DNA from: Octopus bimaculoides | Lineage: Eukaryota | NCBI RefSeq assembly: GCF_001194135.2 | Contig: NC_068994.1 | Coordinates: 17,362,183 to 17,426,182, forward strand | Direction of reading: 5' to 3' | DNA: 64,000 nt | Shown here: positions 35,862 to 49,713 of the stretch, piece after piece | Layout of the letters: each line of letters opens with the position of its first letter | Position numbering within the stretch: the stretch's first letter is position 1 | Notes under the pieces: model-generated | What the model saw: the letters and a program-made list of their open reading frames with translations, nothing else | What the model was told of the DNA's origin: nothing | The model's database searches: none | Program-made: the position numbers and the translations under genes

Positions 35862-36890
35862 AATATAGTGTTGGTCCACCTTTGGTGTCAATCACAACTT
35901 TAATACGTTGAGGAATTGGCTAGTATAGGTTCTGAGTGGTTGTAAGCAGAATTATGAGCCATACTTCAAGTAAAACCTGCTTCAGGTCTTTTAGCAACGA
36001 TGACAGAAGGAAGTAGCTCGCCACTTGTTGCTCCTAAATCCACAATAAATGTCTGATTATGTTGAAACCCAGTAACTGGAAGAAGCCAATTTAAGTGGTC
36101 TCCTTCACTTTTGTGTTCTTTGTACCAATTTTGAATAAAATTAAACTATGTTAATTGGTATATTATCATTCTAAAAGACTACGCTACCATCATGGAACAT
36201 TGTCTGTACCATAGAATGGACACAATCAGCCAAAATTCTCAGATAATCCTTGGCATTAACTCTTATGCAGAACAACTGAAGGGCCAATAGAACACCCTGA
36301 TATGATTGTCCAAATAATTGCCAAGCCACCTCCATAACTGCGGAGCCACCTACTTCATGGTAGGGGCCAAGCAACCAGAGTCAAAGGCTTCTTTGTGCTG
36401 TCTCCAGTCATGAACTTGTCCCAAATTGGGGTAAATAGATAAATAATGATTTATCAGAGAGATGACATTGTTTCTTTAAGCCACTGACCACTTCTGATAG
36501 TCTGGACTCGGTTTTCCCCTCTTATCAATGTTGATGGAGGACAGGTTTAGCAATTGCAGCCCCTTCATGGTATTCAGCTTTATGGAGCTCATGACATGTG
36601 GTTTTGGTGGTTGACAAAGTGGTGGTTTCGCTCTGCTGTCACTTTTGCTGGTGTTGTTCCATGGTCTTTAGACACAATATGTTTCACTATTTTGTGGTCC
36701 CTTTCTGTGGAACTTTGCCTTCTGTCCAGAATATGTTTGCCAGAGCTGACATTAGATATGGAATGCCAACAAGGTTTTAGAGACTGTGCCTCCCAAAACC
36801 TTGAACAATTCAGCAGTTTTAGTTAATGAAGCTCAAGCTATCTGTACTCCAACAATTTGTCTTGTTTGGAAATCAGGTAAGTTACACGTT
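35862..36890 (-). mobile_element. Decayed Tc1 (DD34E-type) transposase
   Basis: N-terminus DFQTRQIVG..A.ASLTKTAELF...TVSK, core YHEVGGSAVM...NAKDYLRILADCVHSMVQTMFHDG, C-terminus IPQRIKVVIDTKGGPTLY*. Confidence 0.85.
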
Positions 36891-38335
36891 TTAATTTATT
36901 TAGATATAAGTATCAACAAGAAAAAAAAAAAAGAATAGCAGAGGTCTATATCAAGAAGTAGAAGGCACAAATGATGCATATGAACACATATATATATATA
37001 AAGACTCGAACAGTTTTGAATTTGTCATATTGTCAAAAAAAATATATATATAGTTAAATAGTAAGCAGTGTTTACATTATTTCGTCCAAACCCTGAATAT
37101 GTCTGTGTTTGTATGTGGTATATATATAGGAGGGATGATATGTTTGTATGTGTACATATATGTGTGTGTGTTTATATGTTGCATCTGCTTTGGTGATGAT
37201 GCTTATTGAAGCAGAAAGATATGTCCTCAGTTGTTCACATCTCCCTACACATTCAGACTCTTTTAATGGTATGTCAGTTTTGGAGATTTCTTTATTCTTG
37301 GGATCATTTCATCTGGAGTTGGAGATTATATATATTTATATCCCCCCCACACACACACACACACGCATGCCGTGGTATGTGTAAAATTGATTTTGTGAGT
37401 CAAGCCTAATAATATATTGGGTCAGTTTAATGTATTATTATACATGTAACTTGTTATTAGTATGTTAAATAACATTATTCAAAACTTCCAATTCTTGCCT
37501 GAAATCCAAAGTTAGTTTTTTTTTTTGCTTCTGTTTTCTTCAGCATATCTGTGAGGTACCCCATTTTTCTCTTTTTATTTAAAGATGTTCTTTTTCTTAT
37601 GTTTAACTGAGACACAATGATTTATTTACTGATTGTTTGTTGATTGCAAATGTTTGCTAAATCTCTTTCTCATTTCAAAAGCACATAGACATTAGGAAAT
37701 GCATCTAGCTGTAGAAACCATACCAAAGCAGACACTGGGGCACGTTGCAGTCCTAGGACCCATTGTATCTTGTCAAACTATCCAGTCCATGCCAGCAAGG
37801 GACAGGATGTTAAATGGTGTTCATTATTTATAAACCATTTATATGTTGGTTTCAAATTTTGGCACAAGGCCAGCAATTTAAGGGAACGGGTAAGTTAATT
37901 ACATCAACCCCAGTGCTCAGCTGGTATTTATTTTATCAACCTTGAAAGGATAAAGGGCGAAGTCGACCTTGGCAGAATTTGAACTCAGAATGTAAAGACA
38001 GATGAAATGCTGCTAAGCATTTTGCCCAGCTTGCTACCTTAAACCATTTATATATTAGCTTGTTAATAGGAAAACAATTTCCAGTGGCTATAAACAAATA
38101 ATTTTAAAAATGTAAAATAACTACATATATCCAGTATTTTTGTGGAGTTTGTGGTTGGTCCCATTAACCAAATTTATAGGGTTTAAATTGCTCAATCATC
38201 TCAGAAGTTTTATTTCTTAAATACTATATATACTGTTTGGGTATAAGGTGTAATGGATCACTTTAGGAGCCCTTGAGAATCTGAATGTAGTTTCTTGAAC
38301 AATCAGGTATTCTCTGCTTCATTCAGCGTCATCTA

Positions 38336-38378
<43 letters not shown>

Positions 38379-38839
38379 TGCTTCTATTACTATCTACTTT
38401 AATGTCCTGCTTTCCACTCACCTGTGCTTAAGAAATTTATTTATGTGTTTGTGTTCATATTTATAAGTATGTGTGAGTATGTATTATCTATGTGTGTATG
38501 AGTGTGTGTGTGTGTTCATTTATTTGTTTGTTTGCTTATTTCACTGCAGTGCAGCAGCATCAGACAGCTTCACAATAAGTATGGTCCTGTGCTGTTGAGG
38601 AATTGTTGCTAGTTGTACAGCAGCTGCAACAATCAAACGATCATTAAGTCATTAAGTGTCGTTTGCCTTGCATATCTTACTATAACTTGTGCGTGTGTGT
38701 GTGTGTATATATATACACACAATCCTGCATGATGCTTGATCACACACACATACATAATATATACACACCTAACATGGGCTACTTGTTCATTAATAAAAAA
38801 ATTTTCTTCAATATAATTATTTTTATTATAGTTCTCATA

Positions 38840-38840
38840 A

Positions 38841-38877
<37 letters not shown>

Positions 38878-38887
38878 NNNNNNNNNN

Positions 38888-38921
<34 letters not shown>

Positions 38922-38935
38922 TATTATTATTATCA
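38840..38935. repeat. (ATT)n microsatellite with an internal 10-N gap
   Basis: Directly visible. Further (ATT)n tracts at about 39152-39200 and 39415-39455. Confidence 0.97.
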
Positions 38936-39168
38936 TTTAAGGCAGCGAGCTGGCAGAATTGTTGGCATGCTGGGCAAAATGCTTAACAGCATTTCATCCG
39001 CCCTTACATTTTGAGTTCAATTTCTGCCGTGGTTGACTTTGCCTTTCATCCTTTCACGGTCAATAAATTAAGTACCAGTGAAACACTGGGGTCAATGTAA
39101 TCGACTAGTCCCCTCCTCACAGATTTGAGGCTTTGTGCCTCCAGCAGAAAAGATTATTATTATTATTA

Positions 39169-39199
<31 letters not shown>

Positions 39200-40685
39200 G
39201 GTGGTGGTGAGATGGCAGAATTGTTATCACACTGGGTGAAATGCTTAGTGGTATTTTGTCAGTCGGTACATTCTGAGTTCAAATTCTGCCAAAGTTGACT
39301 TTGCCTTTCAGCCTTTCGGGGTCAATAAATTAAGCACCAGTGAAACACTGGGGTCATTGTAATTGACTAGTCCCCTACCCCCAAATTTCAGGCTTTGTGT
39401 CTTTAGTAGACAGGATTATTATTATTATTATCATCATTATTATTATTATTATTATTGCTACTGTTGTTATTAATTTCTCTTTTTGATTTACAAATCAAGT
39501 TGCAAAGTATTTTTTTTTTTACATTTCTTCAGAAATATGCAAATATCTTCTCATAGCTGTTTGTAATTGGTATGTCACAACAATATGTAGGCACACCTCT
39601 TTATTTTTTTTTTTTTTAATCAAACTGAATGATTTATATTATTTATGAGTGATTGAATGAATGCCAGTCACATTGTTGTAGTGTTGTGTAGCCCCGAGTC
39701 ATCTCTGATTGAGCAAACCTGTGATGGAAAACATTCCAGTTGTTTCAATCCCACCTTTTGTATATCAGAGATTTCATTTAAAATGTAAGGGAGAGATTTG
39801 TTTACTACTTCTAGCATGTGAAGCAAACATTTAGAAGTTCTTTCTTTAGTGGTTGACACATCTATGTCAATCACATTGGTATAGATCCGTATCCACTTTG
39901 ACAAAATAAGTGCCAGTAATATACTGGGTCAATTTAATTACCTATATCTTCTCTTCATATCAAAAGAAACCACCAATTCATAATACATTTGACCCAAAAA
40001 TTAGACGACTCAAGACTCATTTAAATCCAAGAAATCACAGAATACCTCAGTCATATATTACTATAGATTTTCCCCAATACTTTTGTGACTGTGTTAAGAA
40101 GTTCACTTATCAACCACTTAGTTTCTGTCCCGCTATGTGACATCTTGAGCAAGTGTCTTCTACTATAGCCTCAGGCCAAGCAAGACCTTGTGGTTTTAAT
40201 ACACAAACTGAAAGAGCTTGTCATGTCGGGCCTCACGGAGGCAAAGTAGCTGAGTACCTTTTGAACATTGGGCCTTATAGAAGCAAAGTGGCCAAGCTCC
40301 TTTCGAGTGTTGGACCTCACAGAGGCAATGACCAAGATCTTTGGCATTATGCTGTGCTTAAGAAGACCCATCAAGCCGAGCAAAATTACAGTCACACAAA
40401 TGGCACCCATGCTGGTGGCATGTAAAAACACCCATTACACTCTGGTTGGCATTAGGAAGGGCATCCAGCCATAGAAAACCATGCCAAATCAGACTGGATC
40501 CTGGTGCAGCCTTCCAGCATGCCAGCCCGGTCAAACCGTCCAACCTGTACCAGCATGGTCAACAGACGTTAAATGATGATATTTGTTTTTGATATTTTAC
40601 TTTGGCATTACAAGATCAATAAACTGATGTAGAACTCCATATACATGTGCTTCAGAACAAGGCATTAGTTGAGTACAGAGTGGTA

Positions 40686-40972
40686 ATAAGAAAATGAGAT
40701 GACAAAGGAATAAATGATAATCTTACAAACCTCATTAGCTTACAGCTGTTTCTGCTATAAGATGCAGTGGACTCATTGTTGAGTGCATTAATAACACCTT
40801 ATAGCTTCATTGGAGCCTTGTATAGGAAACTTCATTTTGAGGCTCTGATGAAGCTATAAGATGTTACTCAAGTACTCAACTAAAAGTCCACTGCATCTTG
40901 TACCAGAAACAACTGTATACTAATGAAGTTCATAAGATAATCATTTATTTCTTTGTCATCTCATTTTCTTAT
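40686..40972. repeat. 287-bp fold-back (133-bp arms, 21-nt loop) carrying two decayed minimal hammerhead motifs; probably Penelope-derived
   Basis: Arms 40686-40818 and 40840-40972, roughly 80% identical by eye. The right arm has CTGATGA (40845-51), GAAA (40906-09) and GTA (40915-17). The left arm (minus strand) has CCAATGA ... GAAAC AGCT GTA with a fully paired stem II. Confidence 0.85.
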
Positions 40973-42368
40973 ATATATTTATATATGTGTGCGTATGTGT
41001 TTTTTGTGTCTCCTTGTGTCTCAAATATTAAAATTGGGAAGGTGAAGAGGCAAGCCTTGCTGTTTGTTGGTTTTTAGTTCTTAATAAAAATCATGCCTCT
41101 CATGTTTCCTAAGGCTGACAAAATAAGTAATATTAGTGTACTGTTGCCCTTCACCTGTGTCATAAAATGCACTCAGTCTAATTACAGAATACAGCTATTT
41201 CTGGAATGCATCATACCAATTTTAGTTATTTAGTGCTGGTGCATTAATAGTGTTTTACTTCAATATTATTTTGTACTGTAGAATATATTTATAGGTTTTA
41301 ACCAATACTATATGTCATAAACAAATGTAAATGTCTTGTCTTCATAAACAATATCTTTGTAGACAGAAAAACAGAAAATAGTTTCAGTTAAACTATTTTC
41401 AGTACTGTGTTAGGATTTCATGAGTGGCTGAGTATTCTCTTTAACTGTTCACACAGACATTTCTTATAAACCTATTACTATTAAAGGCTTAAGTAAATTA
41501 GATAGACCAATTTATATAATGCATTCTTGGCAGATGGCTTGGTTAGTAAATTACTGGTACATTATTAGTGATTTGTTTCAATGTTATTATGTGGCTGTAT
41601 GGCAAGAAGTTTGTTTCCCAATCACATGATCTCAGGTTCAATCCCACTGCATAGCATCTTGGGCAAATGCCTTTGACCACAGCCCCAGGCTGACCAAAGC
41701 TTTGTGAGTGGGTTTGGTTGACAGAAACTGAGAGAAGCCCATCGTATATATACGTATGTATGTGTGTATGTGTCTTACTCTGATAGTTGTAAACAAATGT
41801 CACTGCCATGTAAGCAGTTCCCTTCATTTCCACACTTCCGTGAAAATATATCTGGCCAAAGGGAACAGGTAAGGGAACATGCTTGGAAATAGGTGAGGGT
41901 TGGTGACAGTAGGGTATCTGGCTCTAGAGAATCCACCTCCACAAATTCCATCCAACCCATACTAGGATTGAAATGTGCATGTTAAATGATGCTGATATAT
42001 ACTTCAGAGAATATCAGTTTTAGCCAACACTATATAAGAGACAAATGTTAACTCGTCTTTATATGTAGTATCTTCATGAACAAAAAAAGACATTTCAACT
42101 GGCCTAGTTTCACTCCTATGTAGGGATTTCATCAGTGACAGCATCCAATCTCTACTTATAAACCCAACATTACAAAGGGCTTAAGTAAATTAGACCAATT
42201 TATACATATGAAGACAGTCTTACAGCAATAAATTGCAAATTTGTTATTTGTTTCAATGCTATACTGAATTAGACTTTTTCTGTAGAGTCTGTTACCAACA
42301 CTGTGTAGACAGCTATAAACACATCTTCATTATATAGTAATTTCATATAATATTTCATTGGTCTTTAA

Positions 42369-42585
42369 CCCTTTAAGGTTGGGTATAAACAGCTAGTTTT
42401 TTTTATGTGGGATGCAAAAAGAAAAGGGAAAAACACAAGAGGATAATCAATCAAATATCTTATAACACAAATGTGGCTTATTTACCACACCTGTCTTCAG
42501 AATTTAGCAGTGTGTCAATAAGCCACATCTGTTCTCTGCAGAAGAAAGCATGTTGTGTCACTAAACCACACCTGGGCTTAAAGGG
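42369..42585. mobile_element. piggyBac-type MITE, 217 bp
   Basis: TTAA-CCCTTTAAG ... CTTAAAGGG-TTAA. Confidence 0.75.
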
Positions 42586-42706
42586 TTAATGAATCCCCAA
42601 CACAGGGTTGATACCAGTTTAGCGGATGCCCTGTTTCCATTCGCAAAGAGATTGTATATAAAAACAAAGTGTTTGCATCTATCTGTCCATACAGTGTTGC
42701 TAAAAG

Positions 42707-42782
42707 TTTATAGTAGTATAGTAAGTGCTAAGTATCCTTGCCTGTCATGCAGGAAACTGGGGTTCAATTCCCTGCCAGGGAA
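42707..42782 (+). pseudogene. tRNA-Asp(GTC) pseudogene
   Basis: TAGTATAGT..AAGTATCCTTGC CTGTCAT GCAGG AAAC TGGGG TTCAATT CCCTG CCAGGGA aligns to metazoan tRNA-Asp, with anticodon GTC at 42744-46. It has a D-loop insertion, a degraded acceptor stem and no remaining CpG. Confidence 0.85.
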
Positions 42783-44158
42783 ACCATTTAGAAATTTATA
42801 TATATGAATTATGGACTTTCCTGTTGTAGACAACATATGAAAATTCTTTGATTTCTTGCTGAACAACCTGCACAGATTGTTTATAGTGATCAAATGTTTG
42901 TGTTATATGATAGTTCACTCCTTCTATCAAATCAAGGTTACCTATATACAAGTGCATGGTGTGCCATACATCAAATGTTGAAGTGATTGTAGAGCAGTGT
43001 GAAAAGAGGTATTTTACTCAAGAATACAATGGATTGCCAGGTCCAGGAATTGAAGCCATGATCTTGTGATCATAAGTGCAACACCCTAAGCACTAAACCA
43101 CATGCCCTCACAGGGCACATGGCCTAGTGGTCCTATGTATGTTCTGTTGTACAGTACATATATGTATGTTCTATAGTGCATTGTAATATTACAACAAAAC
43201 ACCATTAAGTACTAGTAATTTAATATATATCTTTTCAACCAGACAGGTTGTGTGTCTTGGTTGGTTTGACTTTCAATAGATCCTCTTTGCTTTCACCATC
43301 AACCTGTTTCTCTGACTGTCAGTCAAGCCAGCATCTGTTTTTTTTTTTCCTTTTTTGATAGTCTTTCTTTCTCTTGTTTTGTATTGGTGCAAGCAATTCA
43401 TGAACACTTGGAGGCAAGCCTGAATGATGAATTTAGCATTTAGCAAGTTTTTATATGAAATCTCTTTTTTTTTTTCATCTCTCTTCACCTTCCTTAAATT
43501 GGAATAGCATTGAAAAATTGTACTTTTATCTTTGGCTATAATCTATAGTATGGTACCAGAACTGCACACACATTAACTCTCTCTCTTTCTCTCTATCTCT
43601 TTCTCTCTCTCTCTCTCTCACACCACACACACACACACACATTGATATATTATACTACCAACTTCTAATGGTATTGACCACTTCCATTCTATCTTTTTGT
43701 CTCTCCAGCTGAATGAATTGTCGTCAATTAATCAATGATTTCCTTTGACCAATTATGAGAAACATTCTGTAAGAGGAAGAGTATATAACTAATAGTATCA
43801 ACCCCTTAGCATTTCTGTCTGATTATTTTATTCTTATAAGAAAAAATGAAATAGTAAAATCAATGATATTTACAATATTTGAACTAAAAAAAAATTAACT
43901 TCCAAAACAAAAGTACCATAAAAGTGATGAAATAGCCAAGTGGATGAAATATTTGGTTAGCAGTTCATAACTCATGAGTTCAAACTATGATACAAGTGTT
44001 TCATTGTATTACTGAGTGGGGATAAATTCTACATTCTTTAGATGACCCAGCCATTAAAACAACACATTACATTGTGTTATATTTGTTTGAGAAACACTAT
44101 GGAGAAACTGCTTTAATATAATCTTCCTTTGAAGATCATATAATCTCAAGAAGTTATC

Positions 44159-44214
44159 TTCATTTTGAAGCAAACCTGATTCTTTGTTCATTTTGAAGCA
44201 AACCTGATTCTTTG
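44159..44214. repeat. Perfect 28-bp tandem duplication
   Basis: TTCATTTTGAAGCAAACCTGATTCTTTG x2. Confidence 0.95.
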
Positions 44215-44369
44215 TTCTTTATACAAACATCATATCAACAATCCAATTTTCTTTTTTTCACATTATTTATGCTAACCTATAATTGTTAGTTTTATGATCT
44301 TAATATCTGTTAGTATCACATCTCAATGGTTTCACATCTTTACTGCTTTTTAAACATTTATTAGGCTTT

Positions 44370-44640
44370 AGGCTGTTTTAGAGGAAGGGGCTGCACTTTT
44401 CATGCTCTCCATGACCAGTGAGATTGATGCCGTTGATATTTCACTTGATCTGATGCAAGTCAACAGTTTCAGGGAGGGAACCGCAGAGGGCCGAAACCAT
44501 GGGGAGAAATGATTTTGGCAGGAGAGTCAGGACATAATATGGGGAATAAGAGGAGGTGAAACAAGCAAATCAGAAGAGCCCAGTTGGAAGTGATTCGAAA
44601 TCAGTCACTGCTGAGCAGCATCTCCCACATTAGTGGCACT
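44370..44640 (-). mobile_element. Jockey-superfamily (CR1/L2/jockey-like) LINE 3' end
   Basis: SFLPMVSAL.GSLPETVDLHQIK*NINGINL. Related fragments at about 45830-46190 (-), 51640-52250 (-, PELALILAKVYKLF RT region) and 54600-55050 (-, LADET). Confidence 0.65.
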
Positions 44641-47600
44641 AGAAAAGGCAAAATGAGAAACTACAGCATTTTGTGAACCAGAGATTGGGTGTATATGTGT
44701 ATGATTTTTATACCAATAAGTCAAGTAGCTTTTCTTTGGATGTATGTCTTTGTGTGAAGCAGATCCACTAGCCCACATGTGTGAATATTATTCCATTGTG
44801 GGTTTTTCTTGGGTTTTGTTAAGGTTCAATAGTTTTGGAGCTGAAGTATTTTCTGGCTCTGAAGAGGTAGACTCTGAGTTGAGGATGTGTGCTTGCAATA
44901 TAAAATAAATGGTCTTATGCCAATAATACTTTTAAGAAAAGGATGAGCATTACAAATTTTCTTTAACCCCTATAAATGTGAGACCACAAGCCTATATAAG
45001 AAATTGAAGGAAGAGTGCTCTTGTCATTTCTTACTTATTTGGTGTGTTTCTGGACCTGTTTTCTTAATGCCAGTTTAAAATTCTTTTGTCATAAAACTGT
45101 GAATCAATAAGCAACTATCAAAATTTGCTTCTATTTGCAAAATTACTGGTGACTAAATGCAACTGAATGAGAGAATTATTTAAAATAAAATAAACACAGT
45201 GGTATTGTTATATGCTACAATTTGCAATGGAAAAAAAAAGATAGTTCACAAGTCCACTGATGTTGGTGTACCTGTTGATCTGTTTTGGTGCTTATAATGC
45301 CTTATACCATTTCATTTAAAACCTTAGTCTGTTAATTAATAATGGAAGTAGCAAGCAATAAAAGAATAAAAAGATAAGCCCTGAAGAGTGAAGAAAAAGG
45401 TGAAAACAGAGGTGATTAGATGTGAGGGTGGAATGGAAAAGAGGTGTATTAAAAAAGAGAGCAAAGAACAAGGATATAAAGTAAACACATGCATGCATGC
45501 ATATGTACACACACATGCATATGTGTGTATGGATGAACACATACACTTTTAGTCTACATAGTTTTAGTCATTTTTTTAGACTTCCTATAAAATTATATTT
45601 AACTGATTTCACTGATTTTATCCATTCATATCTAGGATCTGTTTTAGGAATATGGATTGACTTAGTACCTTGCTGGCACTTGATTTTAACTACTTATCCA
45701 CCCTGGAAGGATGAAAGGCAAAATTTAACTTACCAGGATTTGAACTCAGAATGTAAACAATGTAAAGAGCCATACTAATTACCCATTAGGCTTCTTATTT
45801 TTTTTTTTTCAGTTGCTGGGTCTGGAGGAAGGGATAATGCCAATAGTCTTTACAGGTCCTCTCAAACCAATAAGATTGATGCCATTAATGTTCCTCTTTA
45901 ACCTTTGCAAGTCAGCATTTGTATGAAAGACATGAGCAGTAAGGGACTTTCCAGAAGGTTGATGTTTTGGAAAGGAAGGGGTGAATGTAGTGGCTAGTGC
46001 AGGCTTGGGAGTAGGATAGATACAACAGAGGTGATGAGGGGAAGAGAATCACTAAGCGAAGTTTGCACAAGCCCACCTAATTCCGAGGCGCAAAGGCCAT
46101 AATAGTATCAGACGATGCAACTATATGCCAGAGGCTGGAGTGTTATACTAATGATTCTGCATTTTGATATTGAATGATCTCTCCATCAAATTGATCAAAC
46201 CCCTTGTTGACAAAGCTTTCCTGATAACAGTGGAGGTCTTCACCCAATAAATTGGTTAAACTTGTTCTTCATTTTCTTCACACTTTGCTCTCATCAGCTG
46301 CCTTTGCAGCAAACACTGACACAGGCAGTTTGTGATAGATGGCATGTGTTTTGAGGGTGTGTGGGTTATCTTTTATTTATTCTTTTGTTTTTATCTTTTT
46401 TTTTATATATTGTTTGCCAACCATCCGTTAATGATCTCTACTGAATCCTAGCCAAAGCTATTTGCGTATACTGAATAAATCATTATTTCATTATATGATG
46501 CTTTAATCGGCTAGAAAGGAAAAAAAATTAGCTTCAGTTTTCTCATTGATGTGTTTCAGTGTCTTGAGAGAAAGAGAGAGAGTTTATGTGAGTTTGTATG
46601 CAAATATGTGTAGGGGTGTAGGTGGGTGTCTGAATAAACTACTACTAAAACAATGATTCTATGGCTATATCTAAATATTATACTCATTTCAACAGGAAAC
46701 ACAAGTTTATCATATAGACTCTGTCTATTGACATTTCATAACACAATACTGAGGCACCTGATCAATGTTGCTTGATCTACCTTGATCTGCCAGTAATAGA
46801 GCAAATAAGCATTACATTACTAGCAAATATGATCATTAATGATTGATTTGGAATCACGAAAAAAAAATAGACAAAATTTATTTCACTTCTCATATTTGAT
46901 GTATTCTAGAAAATTCTGTTATTAGATAAATAGTTCCCCTTTTCCACTGTTTTATCTCCATTTTTCCACATTCAAATTTTGGATACTGTTGGAGCAATTT
47001 ATTTTATAGCTGGACAACTCTAGATACTGCTAGCCACTTGTATGTGAAGTAAGCAAAGGAGGTCATTGCTATCAAGCTGATTTGAAGGCAATCAGAATTA
47101 TGCACCTTGCTCAAGAACACAACCCAATAACTATAGCTAAATTTGAATTTATGCCTGTGAAGTCAATAACCCAGTTACTTAATCACACACCCATTGTGCC
47201 TTAGATATAAAATATACATTGTATGTGTGTATTATACATTATATATTTATAAGATACACCAAACTAAGTAAAATCATGGATATCCTTGCATACAGGCATG
47301 TCCTCTACATCACTCATTCGAGTAATAGATCTTAGTCTTGTGGGTTCATGGGTGTTGGTGGCATATAAAAGTATCTGTGCTGGTGTTGTTTAAAAACACC
47401 CATGCCACTGCTATGTAAAAGCGCTCGTGCCAGTGCCACAGTAAAAGCACTTGTGGTGGTGCCATGTAAAAGTGCCTGTGCTAGTGCTGTGTAGAAGCAT
47501 CTGTACTGTGTAGAAGCATCTGTGCTGGTGCCACATAACAGTGCTGGTGCCATATAAAGGCATTCAGTGCACTCTGTGAATTGGTCAGCATTAGGAAGGA

Positions 47601-48059
47601 CATCCAACCATGCTAAAACAAACAAATGGAGCCTGGGCAGCTCTCCAGCTGGTCAACTCCTGTCAAACTGTCCAACCTATGCTGGCATAGAGAATGGACA
47701 TTAACAAATGATGATGATGATGATGATGATGATATTTATATACATTGTAATAAATATACATGACACATACTAAGTTATTTGTTTAGCATATACATTTGTT
47801 ATTCTTCCTTTCTACTTTCAGGGACAACTATCCCATTAGCTAAGTTTGTTATTCTAAAAACTAGCATAAATCACCAAGAGATTTAACAGTCTTTATTCCA
47901 CTAGATCTTAAAATAGACAGTCTGAAAGAATTTGAAAGTGGTACACTGACTACTATGGGAGTTTCATGTTTCCAGTCTGATAAATCCCTGTTCACCTAAA
48001 ACTACAGTCTTTAAAGTTTTACTCTGATAGAGGCTTTGAGGAAAATATGAAATCTATTG

Positions 48060-48450
48060 AATATGTCTTGCAAACAACTCGCACATGCAAGTGCTACCAG
48101 TCGAGAACTCCGCATACCGGAAGCTAGCAGGTGTATGGGGTCATCAGGAGAGAATGCGCACCTTTTCGGGGCCTACCTCTCGACGGCATCAATGCACACC
48201 AGCCCCCCTCACTGATATGAGGCCCCGCTTGCTAGATCAACTGGTTATTAAAGACAAAGCTCAATATTTCTCTAGCCATCGCTCATTGTCTCTTTTGAAC
48301 CAAATCCAATGGCTAGTGGCTAGCCTTCTCCACTGTATTTTGGATATCGGTCATGGTGGTATTTACCTTACGATGAGTTAGGCCTAACGATAACAGCAGT
48401 CGTCTCACACTGTGTCCTACAAACCCTCTACATCCAACTTCGATTGAATA
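48060..48450 (-). mobile_element. R2-superfamily (Hero-like) LINE 3' end: restriction-like endonuclease C-terminus plus 3' UTR
   Basis: YSIEVGCRGFVGHSVRRLLLSLGL...VEKASH/WIWFKRDNERWLEKY* with one short-duplication frameshift. TGA at 48261-63. Confidence 0.8.
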
Positions 48451-49713
48451 TTAATCTACTGAATATTAATTTTAATTTTTTTTTTTTAACTTCATAGCAA
48501 TTGTTCTTAATATGACTGTTCTCCCTGGTCTTGCTGGACTGCCCTTTATCTTTATACACCACATGTCTAGATTCCATCAACTTGAGCTGCTTGACAACGA
48601 ACCAACTGAAGCTATTGTTGATGTCCTGGACCTATTGTCAATCTCCTGGACAAACTCAGGATATATTTTCCTGCCAGAATGGATACATGCTTCAGGGACC
48701 TATAGTTTTTTTGTTTTTTTTTATTCTCCATTTCTACTAAACAGTGATACTTTTGAGAAAGTCTTGAGCTTATTAAAAATCTCATACCTAAAGTCTTGTC
48801 ATCAGTCACTGCTGTACCATCTAGAGTGCTATTATAAGATAGTCTATGATATAAACTTATCAAAGATTGACTAGCTCAGCATAAATGTGAAATTGGTTTC
48901 AACTAGAAAGCTGATTAAACCAAGAGTATGCTGAACCACATATAAAAATGACTTGCTTTTTTCTGCACATTGTTACCAAGTATTATAATGGTTATTTCTT
49001 GATTGTGTACCATACTTTATTTGATCTGTGCCAATGAAAGATTCCAATTAATCAATCAATCAACATTTATTGTCTAAGAAAATGTCAGCAGCCACCTCAG
49101 ATCTCGATTCAATTAAATTTCTCTAAAGAGTGATTTGTCAAATTGTTTGCATTTGATATCTTGTATGCACAAGTTTTTTATGTTTTTTCCTTCCTAGTGG
49201 ATTATACTTTGAATGATCCATGCTTAAAGAAGCAAAATTCTTTTAGAAACAGGGATTCCAGTAAGCAGATTATCATCATCATTTAATGTCCGTTTTCCAT
49301 GCTAGCATGGGTTAGATAGCTTGACGGAAAATGGCCAGCTGAAGAGCTGCCTAGGCTCCATGTCTGTTTTGGTATGGTTTCTATGGGCTGGATGCCCTTC
49401 CTAATACCAACCACCTTACAGAGTGTACTGGGTGTTTTTACATGGCACCAATGCTTTCACATGGCACCAGCATGGGTAACACTGGCACAGGTACTTTTTA
49501 CGTGACTCCAGCACCCACAATCCTGCAAAGGTTAAGATCACTCAGTTGAAGAAGGATATAGAGGACATGTCTGTATGCAAAGATAGCCACAATTTTACTT
49601 AGCTTAACATGTCTTCTCAAGCATAGCAAACCACAAGAAGTCTCAGTCCCTAGTCATCCCCTCTGTGAGGCCTAATGTCTGAAGATCCTTTCTTACCACT
49701 TCACCTGAGTATA

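Noticed and set aside
36782-36878. Apparent + exon ending at a perfect CAG|gtaagt donor
   Set aside because: It is the antisense of the Tc1 transposase N-terminus.
41374-41400. Perfect 11-bp hairpin GAAAATAGTTT-CAGTT-AAACTATTTTC
   Set aside because: Short and AT-rich, with no associated feature.
48140-48190. GAAA ... CTGATGA in the Hero 3' UTR (minus strand) as a permuted hammerhead
   Set aside because: Stem II cannot form (CCCC on both sides) and there is no stem III/NUH.
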